From contig JAHDKR010000021.1 in the NCBI GenBank assembly GCA_018436785.1, positions 22,835 to 86,834 of the forward strand: a DNA stretch of 64,000 bases, written 5' to 3'. Below are positions 9,178-17,964 of this stretch, piece by piece. The stretch's first letter is position 1; every line of letters begins with the position of its first letter. A program made the position numbers and the translations under genes. The DNA comes from Synergistaceae bacterium. Lineage in GTDB: Bacteria > Synergistota > Synergistia > Synergistales > Aminobacteriaceae. Under the pieces are notes generated by a model. That model did no database searches. It worked only from the letters and a program-made list of their open reading frames with translations, and was not told the origin of the DNA.

Positions 9178-10971
9178 GTGGCCGCTGAGAAAGTCATAAA
9201 AGGAACTATCGAAAAAATATCCGGCCCCCTTGTAGTGGCGAAAGGTATGTTCGGCGCCGGCATGTACGACGTGGTGCGGATCGGCGAGATCGGACTCGTC
9301 GGAGAAATCATCGAGCTTAAGGGCGATACGGCATCTATACAGGCGTATGAAGAGACCTCCGGCCTTATGCCCGGAGAGAGGGTTGTCAGTACAGGGGAAC
9401 CTTTGAGCGTCGAACTGGGGCCCGGCCTTATAGAACAGTTCTACGACGGCGTACAGAGACCTTTGAATCTGATAGAAGACGCGGCAAAGAGTCATTATAT
9501 CTCCCGAGGTATCGACGTACCCGCCATCGACAGAAAGAAAAAATGGGAGTTCACCCCGAAAGTAAAAGCGGGCGACGCAGTGGAACAGGGCGATATTCTT
9601 GGCGTTGTGCAGGAGTCGGTTCTCGTGGAGCACCGCATCATGGTGCCGGTAGGCTTGGGTGGCAAAGTAGTCAAGATTGAAAAAGGCTCTTTCACTGTAG
9701 AGGAAGTTGTCGCGGTTCTTGAACAGAACGGCGAGAAAAAGAACGTAACAATGCTTCAAAGGTGGCCGGTTCGAAAAGCACGACCCGTTGCGAAGCGTCT
9801 TCCTCCTGTTATTCCGATGACAACAGGACAAAGAGTCATCGATACATTCTTCCCGATCGCTATGGGCGGAACTGCGTGCGTACCCGGTCCGTTCGGTTCT
9901 GGAAAGACCGTTGTCCAGCACCAGCTCGCGAAATGGGCGGAGGCGGAGATTGTCGTCTATGTCGGCTGCGGAGAACGCGGAAACGAAATGACAGACGTGC
10001 TCCTTGAATTCCCCGAACTGGAAGACCCGCGTTCAGGACATCCGCTCATGAAACGGACTGTGTTGATCGCCAATACTTCCAACATGCCTGTCGCAGCACG
10101 CGAAGCAAGTATCTACACAGGAATAACAATGGCCGAGTACTACCGTGATATGGGGTATTCCGTCGCCCTCATGGCAGATTCAACGAGCCGTTGGGCTGAG
10201 GCCCTCCGCGAGATGTCGGGACGTCTTGAAGAAATGCCCGGCGAAGAGGGGTATCCGGCATACCTCGGTACCCGACTGGCCTCCTTCTACGAAAGAGCGG
10301 GCAGGGCGATCGTCCTGGGCGGAGACAAGAGAGAGGCATCCGTCAGTGCAATAGGCGCAGTTTCACCTCCGGGAGGAGACCTTTCCGAACCGGTAAGTCA
10401 GAATACGCTTCGCGTAGCAAAGGTATTCTGGGGATTGGATGCGACGCTTGCTTACCAACGCCACTTCCCGGCGATCAACTGGCTTTTGAGCTATTCGTTG
10501 TACACGGAAAAACTCGATGAATTCTGGGATGTCAAATTCGACGATGAATGGAGTCCCACCCGTATCGAAGCCATGACGCTTCTTGAGGATGAAGACAAAC
10601 TGCGTGAAATTGTGCGCCTTGTCGGCGTCGACGCACTCTCTAAAGAGGAACGGATGGTACTGGAAACGGCAAAATCGCTCCGAGAGGACTTCCTTCATCA
10701 AAACGCATTCCACGAGATTGACACGTACGCTTCCATGGAAAAGCAGTTTAAGATGCTGAAGACAATTCTTGCATTCCATCATATCTCGATGGATGCCCTC
10801 AAAAAGGGCGCCTCTATGAATGAAGTTTTCAATCTTCCTGTCAGGGAGGCTATCGCCCGCATGCGTTATCTTGAAGAGAAGGACATCGGGAAGATCGACG
10901 ACATCGAAGGCCAAATTAAGAACGAGGTCGCCGGAGTCACTCCCGTTGGAGGTGAAAGCGATGCTGCCTAA
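9178..10971 (+). CDS. ntpA: V-type ATPase catalytic subunit A
   Basis: 597 aa. Walker A GPFGSGKT, non-homologous insertion region typical of A subunits. GTG start 9 nt after GGAGG. Confidence 0.95.
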   Translation: MAAEKVIKGTIEKISGPLVVAKGMFGAGMYDVVRIGEIGLVGEIIELKGDTASIQAYEETSGLMPGERVVSTGEPLSVELGPGLIEQFYDGVQRPLNLIEDAAKSHYISRGIDVPAIDRKKKWEFTPKVKAGDAVEQGDILGVVQESVLVEHRIMVPVGLGGKVVKIEKGSFTVEEVVAVLEQNGEKKNVTMLQRWPVRKARPVAKRLPPVIPMTTGQRVIDTFFPIAMGGTACVPGPFGSGKTVVQHQLAKWAEAEIVVYVGCGERGNEMTDVLLEFPELEDPRSGHPLMKRTVLIANTSNMPVAAREASIYTGITMAEYYRDMGYSVALMADSTSRWAEALREMSGRLEEMPGEEGYPAYLGTRLASFYERAGRAIVLGGDKREASVSAIGAVSPPGGDLSEPVSQNTLRVAKVFWGLDATLAYQRHFPAINWLLSYSLYTEKLDEFWDVKFDDEWSPTRIEAMTLLEDEDKLREIVRLVGVDALSKEERMVLETAKSLREDFLHQNAFHEIDTYASMEKQFKMLKTILAFHHISMDALKKGASMNEVFNLPVREAIARMRYLEEKDIGKIDDIEGQIKNEVAGVTPVGGESDAA

Positions 10972-12379
10972 GGAGTATAAAACCATCAGCGAACTTTCGG
11001 GTCCGCTTCTGCTGGTAAATAAAACGAAAAACGTCCGTTACGACGAGTTGGTAGAAATAGAACTCGCAAGCGGTGAACGCCGCCGTGGAAGAGTTCTGGA
11101 GATCACCTCGGACAAGGCGCTTGTGCAGGTGTTTGAAGGAACCGACGGCATCGATATTAAAAGCACCAAGATGCTCTTTCTTGGCAAGGTGCTCACTCTT
11201 CCCGTAAGCAAGGATATGCTCGGCAGAGTCTTTAATGGCCGCGGCGAGCCTATTGACGATGGAGCTCCTATTCTCGCAGAGAAAAAGCTGGATATCAACG
11301 GTATGCCGATGAACCCGTTCTCAAGAGACTATCCTTCCGAGTTCATTCAGACGGGTATCTCGACGATCGACGGAATGAATCCAATGGTTCGCGGCCAGAA
11401 GCTGCCGATTTTCTCCGGCAGCGGCCTACCGCATAACAGAATGGCCGCGCAGATCGCCCGTCAAGCCACTGTCATCAGCGGACACGAGGACTTCGCGGTC
11501 GTCTTCGCCGCGATGGGAATCACATTTGAGGAAGCTTCATTCTTCATGGAGGACTTCAGGAAGACAGGAGCCATTCAACGGACGGTTATGTTCGTCAACC
11601 TGGCCGACGACCCCGCGATCGAGCGTATCACAACGCCTAGACTTGCGCTTACCGCCGCGGAATACCTTGCTTTTGAGCAGGACATGCACGTCGTGGTCAT
11701 CTTGACCGACCTTACTAACTACTGCGAAGCGTTGCGCGAGATCTCTGCGGCGCGCAAGGAAGTCCCCGGCCGCAGAGGCTATCCCGGCTACCTCTACACC
11801 GACCTTGCCACAATGTACGAGCGCGCCGGACGTCTGAAGGGGAAAAAGGGTTCCATCACGCAGATTCCCATCCTCACCATGCCCGAGGACGACAAGACGC
11901 ATCCAATACCCGACTTGACCGGATACATCACCGAAGGTCAGATCATCCTCAGCCGTACTCTCCACAGAAAAGGTATCTATCCCCCCGTGGACGTTATGCC
12001 TTCTCTGTCCCGACTGAAAGATAAGGGAATCGGCGCCGGCAAGACGCGGGAAGATCACGCGGACCTCATGAACCAGCTCTTTGCCGGATATGCGCGCGGG
12101 AAAGAAGCGAAGGAACTTGCAGTCATCCTTGGCGAAGGCGCTCTTACAGAAGAGGATAAGGCGTTCGCGAAATTTGCGGACATGTTTGAAGACCAGTACG
12201 TCCGGCAAGGCGAGTACCGGAACAGGACTTATGAAGAGACTCTCGAACTCGGATGGGATCTTCTGACAGTCATTCCTGTGAAAGAACTGAAGCGCGTTCG
12301 GGATGCGTACATCGCGAAGTACCTGCAGCCGAGGTTGAAGAGCGAGGAAAAGGCTCAAGCCGTCTCCGGGAAAGTATAA
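10961..12379 (+). CDS. ntpB: V-type ATPase subunit B
   Basis: 472 aa from the ATG at 10961 ([19 protein letters not shown]...), overlapping the ntpA stop by 11 nt. The ORF-track start at 10820 lies inside ntpA. Confidence 0.95.
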   Translation: MLPKEYKTISELSGPLLLVNKTKNVRYDELVEIELASGERRRGRVLEITSDKALVQVFEGTDGIDIKSTKMLFLGKVLTLPVSKDMLGRVFNGRGEPIDDGAPILAEKKLDINGMPMNPFSRDYPSEFIQTGISTIDGMNPMVRGQKLPIFSGSGLPHNRMAAQIARQATVISGHEDFAVVFAAMGITFEEASFFMEDFRKTGAIQRTVMFVNLADDPAIERITTPRLALTAAEYLAFEQDMHVVVILTDLTNYCEALREISAARKEVPGRRGYPGYLYTDLATMYERAGRLKGKKGSITQIPILTMPEDDKTHPIPDLTGYITEGQIILSRTLHRKGIYPPVDVMPSLSRLKDKGIGAGKTREDHADLMNQLFAGYARGKEAKELAVILGEGALTEEDKAFAKFADMFEDQYVRQGEYRNRTYEETLELGWDLLTVIPVKELKRVRDAYIAKYLQPRLKSEEKAQAVSGKV

Positions 12380-12391
12380 GGGGGGGTCATA

Positions 12392-13015
12392 ATGGCCCGT
12401 ATGAATGTCAACCCCAACAGGATGGAACTCTCGAGGCTGAAGAAACGTCTCGTCGTGGCCAAACGAGGGCACAAACTCCTGAAGGATAAGCAGGATGCTC
12501 TGATCAAGGCGTTTCTCGAAAGAGCACGGCAGGGAAAAACGCTCCGTGAAGAGCTGGAAGCTGAGCTTGCTGCATGCTACAAGAGTTTCCTTCTTGCGCG
12601 TGCTCAAACGCTGCCCGCGATGCTGGAACAGGCTCTCATGATATCGGGGGCGAAGTGCGACCTTCAGGTTGGATTCCAGAACGTGATGAGCGTACTTGTA
12701 CCGGTATATCGAGTAGAACAAGGCGGCTCTCCGCTGAACTACGGCCTTGCGACTTCTCTTGGCAGTCTCGACGTTGCGCTTGAACGTTTTGCGAAACTGA
12801 TTCCGAAACTCATCGAACTTGCTGCCAAAGAAAAAGCCATTCGCTTGATGGCTGTCGAGATCGAGAAAACACGAAGACGCGTTAACGCTCTGGAACACGT
12901 TCTAATTCCAGGTTTCATCGAGACAATCCGTTATATCACGATGAAGCTTGACGAACAGGAGCGCTCTACACTGAGCCGTCTGATGAAAATCAAGGAAATA
13001 GTCAGATCTCACTGA
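12392..13015 (+). CDS. ntpD: V-type ATPase central-stalk subunit D
   Basis: 207 aa. The MNVNPNRMELSRLKKRL N-terminus and coiled-coil ends are characteristic of subunit D. Last gene of the operon. Confidence 0.92.
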   Translation: MARMNVNPNRMELSRLKKRLVVAKRGHKLLKDKQDALIKAFLERARQGKTLREELEAELAACYKSFLLARAQTLPAMLEQALMISGAKCDLQVGFQNVMSVLVPVYRVEQGGSPLNYGLATSLGSLDVALERFAKLIPKLIELAAKEKAIRLMAVEIEKTRRRVNALEHVLIPGFIETIRYITMKLDEQERSTLSRLMKIKEIVRSH

Positions 13016-13036
13016 CCGGTAAAGAAAACCTGTTAA

Positions 13037-13081
13037 GACACAAAAGAAGAGAGCGGAAACCCCGCTCTCTTCTTTTGTGTC
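13037..13081. terminator. Bidirectional terminator hairpin between ntpD and cheR
   Basis: Perfect 20-bp inverted repeat GACACAAAAGAAGAGAGCGG (13037-13056) / CCGCTCTCTTCTTTTGTGTC (13062-13081) with a 5-nt loop. T-rich on the plus side and A-rich on the other side. Lies between convergent genes. Confidence 0.85.
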
Positions 13082-13091
13082 TTTTCCTTTT

Positions 13092-13898
13092 TCACGCTGG
13101 CTTTTGATAAAGAAAAGCCCCCGCAGATTCAAAGCCGATTTTTCTGTAATCAAAAATCTGTTCCGTGGAGCCCACCAAGAGATAACCTCCCGGGCGAAGA
13201 GCTTTAAAGAACTTGTGGTACAAAGCGGTTTTCGTATCGGCACAGAAATAGATGACAACATTCCTGCAAAGGATAAGGTCTAAATCGTCGGCGAACGTGT
13301 CTTCTATCAGATTCAACCGTTGGAAGGAAACTCTGGATTTCACCTCGGAGTTCACCAGGTACGTCTCCCCGCCGTCATTAGTGGTGAAGTATCGTCCTAC
13401 AAGTTCTTTCGGGATGTTGATAAGCTGCCGTTTAAGATAATGGCCGCGTTTCGCTATCGCTATTGCCCCCTGGTCGATATCGCTTGCGAGAACGGGAGTC
13501 TGGGGTGCAAGTTTTGCCTCCATTGACAGAATCGCAAGCGAATATGGCTCTTCGCCTGTTGCCGAACCCGCGCTCCAAAGCTTCAGTTGTTTCTTTCCTC
13601 TTGATTGGATCAGCCTTGGGATTACTACATCCTGCAATTCCGTCCACTTGTTCGGATTCCGAAAAAACTCCGAAACATTTATTGTAAGATAATCGAGGAA
13701 CTCGCGCAGTTTCTGATCGTTTTCTTTGATAGTTTTGAGGAAAATGTCGTAGGAAGACACACTCCACCGTTGCATCAGCATGTGTACGCGGCGATGAATC
13801 TGATTTTTGTAGGAATTAAGGTCAAGCCCTGTCAATTTTTTTACATTACTCTTGAATACATCGTATTCTGGGGAATCGTAACTCGTTTTCTCTATCAT
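13092..13898 (-). CDS. cheR: CheR-type chemotaxis protein methyltransferase
   Basis: 268 aa from the ATG at 13898 (AAGGAG SD 10 nt upstream). Contains the CheR N-terminal helical domain and SAM-binding region (LWSAGSATGEEPYSLA, ILCRNVVIYF). The upstream part of the 426-aa ORF is antisense to rnpB and was discarded. Confidence 0.88.
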   Translation of the reverse strand: MIEKTSYDSPEYDVFKSNVKKLTGLDLNSYKNQIHRRVHMLMQRWSVSSYDIFLKTIKENDQKLREFLDYLTINVSEFFRNPNKWTELQDVVIPRLIQSRGKKQLKLWSAGSATGEEPYSLAILSMEAKLAPQTPVLASDIDQGAIAIAKRGHYLKRQLINIPKELVGRYFTTNDGGETYLVNSEVKSRVSFQRLNLIEDTFADDLDLILCRNVVIYFCADTKTALYHKFFKALRPGGYLLVGSTEQIFDYRKIGFESAGAFLYQKPA

Positions 13899-14004
13899 TA
13901 CACTCTGGCTCCTTCGCTCGATAATGCACACCCGCTTCGCGTTTCGTTCTCTATTGTATCGCATTTTGTGCTCGAAAAACCATTTCGTTCTCTTTCGGAA
14001 AAGA

Positions 14005-14013
14005 TGATATAAT
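14005..14013 (+). promoter_or_regulatory. Extended -10 promoter element for rnpB
   Basis: TGaTATAAT at 14005-14013, 8 nt upstream of the predicted RNase P RNA 5' end. The -35 is weak. Confidence 0.5.
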
Positions 14014-14021
14014 GTGCCTCC

Positions 14022-14350
14022 GGGAGTATCCTTGGTGGCCGCTCTTTTTTGAAGAGAGGAAAGTCCGGGCTCCACAGGGCAGGACGCTGGGTAACACCCA
14101 GTTGGTGCAAACCAAAGGAAAGTGCCACAGAAATATACCGCCCTTTTCAGGGTAAGGGTGAAAAGGTGGGGTAAGAGCCCACCGGGTGGAAAGTGATTTC
14201 CATGCCAGGAAAACCCCGTCCGGAGCAAGACCGAATAGGAGGGGACGAGGCTGCCCGCCGACCCTCGGGTACGGTCGCGAAAAGAACGCCGCAAGGTGTT
14301 CTTCAGATAAATGGTCACCCACGACAGAACCCGGCTTACAGGATGCTCCC
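14022..14350 (+). ncRNA. rnpB: RNase P RNA, bacterial type A
   Basis: Universal blocks are present: GAGGAAAGTCCGGGCTCCACAGGGCAGG, GGTAAGGGTGAAAAGGTGGGGTAAGAGCCCACC, CGGAGCAAGACCGAATAGG and CACGACAGAACCCGGCTTA. P1 pairs GGGAGTATCC (14022-14031) with GGATGCTCCC (14341-14350). Ends are approximate to a few nt. Confidence 0.93.
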
Positions 14351-14377
14351 TCTTTACAATTTTTCTCACCAAACAAA

Positions 14378-14438
14378 TAGGCCTCAGGACCCATATTAAT
14401 TGTATTATTCAAGGGTCCTGAGGCCTACGTATCTTTTG
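14378..14438 (+). terminator. Terminator hairpin after rnpB
   Basis: Perfect 15-bp stem TAGGCCTCAGGACCC (14378-14392) / GGGTCCTGAGGCCTA (14413-14427) with an AT-rich 20-nt loop, followed by CGTATCTTTT. Confidence 0.65.
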
Positions 14439-14452
14439 CAATCAATGATACT

Positions 14453-14487
14453 GTGGGTTCTAGTGGGAGAGAGTGTAACAAAGTGGG
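14453..14487 (+). promoter_or_regulatory. Candidate MraZ operator: GTGGG boxes phased at 10 bp
   Basis: GTGGG at 14453, 14463 and 14483, with degenerate GTGTA at 14473. Spacing is exactly 10 bp, and the array ends 11 nt before the mraZ ATG. Confidence 0.55.
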
Positions 14488-14497
14488 AGGCACTGGC

Positions 14498-14923
14498 ATG
14501 TTGGTGGGAACATATGAACATAAAATCGACAGCAAGGCAAGAATTGTACTTCCGTCGAAGTTCAGAGAAGAGCTCGGGGAAAGCGTCTTCGCAACCATCG
14601 GCATTGACAAATGTGTCTCCCTTTACTCTCCCGAAGAGTGGAAAAAAGTGATGGAACGTCTTCAGGAACTCTCTTTCTCGAAAAGCAAGAGCAGAGGATT
14701 GCTCCGTCTTATGCTTTCGAGTGCTCATGAGCTTCCCGTCGACGGTGCCGGCAGAATACTGCTCCCTCCGGTACTACGCGATTATGCCGAGTTCATCCAG
14801 GAGGTAGTGTTCGTAGGCGTCAGTGATCATGTAGAGATGTGGGACAAAGACAAATGGAACGACTATAGAAAACAGGTCCTTGACGATCTTCCTGAGATTG
14901 CCGAAGGAGTGGAGGGGTTCTGA
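14498..14923 (+). CDS. mraZ: Transcriptional regulator MraZ
   Basis: 141 aa from the ATG at 14498 (GGGAGG SD). Two DXXXR motifs (DSKARIVLP, DGAGRILLP). First gene of the dcw cluster. Confidence 0.92.
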   Translation: MLVGTYEHKIDSKARIVLPSKFREELGESVFATIGIDKCVSLYSPEEWKKVMERLQELSFSKSKSRGLLRLMLSSAHELPVDGAGRILLPPVLRDYAEFIQEVVFVGVSDHVEMWDKDKWNDYRKQVLDDLPEIAEGVEGF

Positions 14924-15825
14924 TGGAGCATGTTCCCGTTCTCTTAAAAGAAATTCTCGCTTTTCTTCAGGAACACCCTTCCCTTCGCTCTGTTCTTGAC
15001 TGTACTCTTGGTCTCGGGGGCTACTCGGAAGCGATACTCGAGTCTTTCGAATCAACAGAGGTATATGCCGTAGATCAGGACAGCCAAGCCCTTTCGTTTG
15101 CAAAAGAACGGCTTCTTCCTTTCGGCGCTCGTTTTCACCCTGAAAAAGGGAATTTTGCCTCCCTTCCTCCTGCAGTTACTTGCAACGCACCATTTGATGC
15201 GATGTTGTTCGATCTTGGAGTATCGAACCTCCAGCTTGTCGATGAAGACAGAGGGTTCTCGTTTCAGTCAGACGGCCCCTTGGATATGCGGATGGACCGA
15301 GAATTTCGTTATTCTGCCGCCGACCTTGTGAACTCTTATTCAGAAAGAGAGATTGCAGATATCTTTTGGAAGTACGGGGAGGAGCGCTTTTCAAGACAGC
15401 TCGCAAGAGGAATCGTCCGTTACAGAGAAGAATCAGGCAAAATCGAACGCACGTCCACACTTGTAGATATCGTTCGAAAAACATTGCCAGCCCCGGTCCA
15501 ACGAAAAATGGGGGGGCATCCGGCAAGAAGAATTTTCCAAGCCCTACGTATAGCAGTAAACGACGAAATCTCAATCCTCGAAACCGGTTTACACAATATT
15601 CCAGATGTCGCAGCGCCGGGCGCACTTCTTGTCGTGGTGAGCTACCATTCTCTTGAAGACAGGATTGTAAAGAATCTGTTTAAAAAATGGCGTGAAGAGG
15701 GGAAAGGAAGTATTGTGACAAAGCGGCCTCTCGTTCCTTCAGATGAAGAGATTGAAGCGAATCATAAGTCGCGAAGCGCCAAAATGAGGGTTTTTTCATT
15801 CAAACCGAAAAGAATGGAGGTGTAA
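14923..15825 (+). CDS. rsmH: 16S rRNA (cytosine1402-N4)-methyltransferase RsmH
   Basis: 300 aa. HVPVLLKE N-terminus, DCTLGLGGYS SAM motif, FDLGVS, SYHSLEDR. TGATG overlap with mraZ. Confidence 0.95.
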   Translation: MEHVPVLLKEILAFLQEHPSLRSVLDCTLGLGGYSEAILESFESTEVYAVDQDSQALSFAKERLLPFGARFHPEKGNFASLPPAVTCNAPFDAMLFDLGVSNLQLVDEDRGFSFQSDGPLDMRMDREFRYSAADLVNSYSEREIADIFWKYGEERFSRQLARGIVRYREESGKIERTSTLVDIVRKTLPAPVQRKMGGHPARRIFQALRIAVNDEISILETGLHNIPDVAAPGALLVVVSYHSLEDRIVKNLFKKWREEGKGSIVTKRPLVPSDEEIEANHKSRSAKMRVFSFKPKRMEV

Positions 15826-15832
15826 AAAGGAC

Positions 15833-16252
15833 ATGCGATTTCGCGAAGATATAAAAAAAGAAACCGTTTCTGATTCCTTTCACAAAATCTCTCCATATAT
15901 TATTGTTTTTACGCTCTGTGCGTTTGGCCTCTTTATGGGACTCGGAGTCCTTCGTCTTTATTCTTTCCGTCTGGAATGCAAACTGAATTCTGTCAACAGG
16001 CAAATAGAATCATACAAAGCAAATCGTATTGTACTTAAACATGAACTCTCATCACTTGTTTCCCCTGCTCGCATCTACGGTTTTTCAAAGCAAGAGATGG
16101 GTATGACATTCGCATCTAATGTCCGCATCCTCCGCGTAGAAGAGCATCTTTTAGCTGAGGCTTCTTTCGAGAGTTCTCCTGTTGTCGCTTCGAAACAGGA
16201 GAATGAAGGCTGGTTCTTTTTCTTTCTTGAAGGCGCAATGGCCGGAGAGTAA
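15833..16252 (+). CDS. ftsL: Cell division protein FtsL-like
   Basis: 139 aa with a single TM helix (ISPYIIVFTLCAFGLFMGLGVL), then a coiled coil and a ...PARIYGFSKQEMGM... segment. Canonical position between rsmH and ftsI. Confidence 0.7.
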   Translation: MRFREDIKKETVSDSFHKISPYIIVFTLCAFGLFMGLGVLRLYSFRLECKLNSVNRQIESYKANRIVLKHELSSLVSPARIYGFSKQEMGMTFASNVRILRVEEHLLAEASFESSPVVASKQENEGWFFFFLEGAMAGE

Positions 16253-16283
16253 TTCCCGTGTATCCTGAACGGAGGGTGTTTTT

Positions 16284-17960
16284 GTGACGCGACGTTTCGG
16301 ATCCCCTTGGTTTCTAGTTTTTATCTTTTTTGGCGTCGTTATCTGGAGGCTGACATCTCTTCAGCTCTTCCCTGACCCGAGGGTTGAGAATCAGTCGCGC
16401 CGACAGTACTGGATTCATGTTCCTGTCAGTACCAATAGAGGCTTTATTTATGACAGGAACGGGAACGCCCTTGCGGTTTCCGTTCCTTCATTCAGTTTTT
16501 TTCTTGATCCCGCTTTTTGGAATCCTTCAGATGCAGTACACCTCAAAGGGATACTCCCCGATAGTTTAGTCGATACGCTCTCGAAACCTCTTTCTGGCCG
16601 TTTTTTATGGTTAGCGAGAAAAGTCGATATTGAAACGGCTGAGAAAATTCGCTCGCTCAAAATTAAAGGTATATTCGAGATAGAAGAGAAAAAAAGACTC
16701 TATCCGAGCGGCTCTCTTCTCTCACATGTCCTCGGATTTTGCGATATCGACGACAAAGGGCTTTCAGGTATTGAACTCATGTGGGATAAAGCGTTGTTTT
16801 CTCCCCCGGGTCTTCGTGTCCTTGCCAAGGATTCGTCGGGACGAACTCTTGATATCAGCAGAAATGACCATGACCACACACCTACGGAAGGTGGGAATGT
16901 CTCCCTCACAATAGACTCCAGAATCCAGTTTATCGTGGAGCGGCGTCTTGAGGAGGGTATTCGCGAACATAGCGCGCGATGGGGCAGCATTATCTGTATG
17001 GATCCTCAAACGGGCGCCATTCTTTCGATGGCGAGTTGGCCGACGTTTAACCCAAATGTGCGAACGGATCTATCGAAGACGCAGAATTTATTAAACAATT
17101 CTATCGGGCGTACGTATGAACCCGGCTCGACGTTTAAGCCCGTTGTTCTTGGAATAAGCATGGAGAGAGGCTCCGTTCATCCGAATGAATCATTCCACTG
17201 CCCCTATAGGATCAAAATTGCCGACGGTCATATATCGGAAGCCGGAAAAAACGGTTTCGGAAGGCTTTCCGTCCCCGAAATTCTCGCAAAATCCTCGAAT
17301 ACAGGAATGGCGCAAATTGGGATACGCGTAAAACCATTCAACATGTATCATTCAGTTCGCGAGTGGGGATTCGGCAAACCGACGGGGATTGAACTTCCCG
17401 GAGCCGAGGACGGCCTTTTATCATCACCGGAGCAGTGGAGAGGGGTTGTTCCTTCGAATATAGCCATAGGGCAGGGCCTCGCTATTACGCCGTTGCACCT
17501 TGCATCCGCAATCTCTGCGATAGCGAACGGAGGCAATCTCCTGCGTCCACATATCGTTTCCAAGGTAGTAGATTCTTCAGGAAATATAGTATACAATGAA
17601 GAGAGGCAGTTTCTTCGGACTGTGTTGTCTCCTCAAGTCGCGTTATGGCTTCAGAGAGCGATGGTCGATACTGTTGTCAAGGGCACAGGACGGAATGGCG
17701 CAGTTCCAGGAATTTCAATCGCTGCCAAGACAGGTACTGCTCAGATCGCTGAAAGAGGAGAATACGCCAAGGGCAGATGGGTTTCCTCCTTCGCAGGTTT
17801 TTGGCCTTCGAGCGATGCTCGCTATGTTGTGCTTGTTGTCATTGGAGAACCTTCAAAGGGAAAGTATTATGGCGGAGATGTTGCAGCGCCTGTATTTAGG
17901 CGAATTGTTGAGGACATGGAACAGATCGGATTGTTAGCGGCAGTGAAAACGGAAGGATGA
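16284..17960 (+). CDS. ftsI: Penicillin-binding protein, class B transpeptidase (FtsI/PBP2B-like)
   Basis: 558 aa. N-terminal TM, PBP dimerisation domain, transpeptidase motifs STFK, SSN and KTGT. GTG start after GGAGGG. Confidence 0.9.
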   Translation: MTRRFGSPWFLVFIFFGVVIWRLTSLQLFPDPRVENQSRRQYWIHVPVSTNRGFIYDRNGNALAVSVPSFSFFLDPAFWNPSDAVHLKGILPDSLVDTLSKPLSGRFLWLARKVDIETAEKIRSLKIKGIFEIEEKKRLYPSGSLLSHVLGFCDIDDKGLSGIELMWDKALFSPPGLRVLAKDSSGRTLDISRNDHDHTPTEGGNVSLTIDSRIQFIVERRLEEGIREHSARWGSIICMDPQTGAILSMASWPTFNPNVRTDLSKTQNLLNNSIGRTYEPGSTFKPVVLGISMERGSVHPNESFHCPYRIKIADGHISEAGKNGFGRLSVPEILAKSSNTGMAQIGIRVKPFNMYHSVREWGFGKPTGIELPGAEDGLLSSPEQWRGVVPSNIAIGQGLAITPLHLASAISAIANGGNLLRPHIVSKVVDSSGNIVYNEERQFLRTVLSPQVALWLQRAMVDTVVKGTGRNGAVPGISIAAKTGTAQIAERGEYAKGRWVSSFAGFWPSSDARYVVLVVIGEPSKGKYYGGDVAAPVFRRIVEDMEQIGLLAAVKTEG

Positions 17961-17964
17961 TACC

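Noticed and set aside
9064-9921. 285-aa ORF antisense to ntpF-like/ntpA
   Set aside because: Shadow frame of the catalytic A subunit with no independent coding evidence.
11537-12898. 453-aa ORF antisense to ntpB/ntpD
   Set aside because: It is a shadow ORF opposite two very strongly supported V-ATPase genes. It has a low-complexity Arg/Leu/Ser-rich translation, no SD and no recognisable domain.
13899-14372. N-terminal 158 codons of the 426-aa minus-strand ORF (13092-14372) upstream of cheR
   Set aside because: This part is antisense to a clearly recognisable RNase P RNA and its promoter. CheR homology begins only at the ATG at 13898, which has its own AAGGAG SD.
14436-14464. TTGCAA-17 nt-TCTAGT as the mraZ promoter
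   Set aside because: The -10 hexamer is poor and it overlaps the first GTGGG boxes. The real start site cannot be fixed without transcript data.
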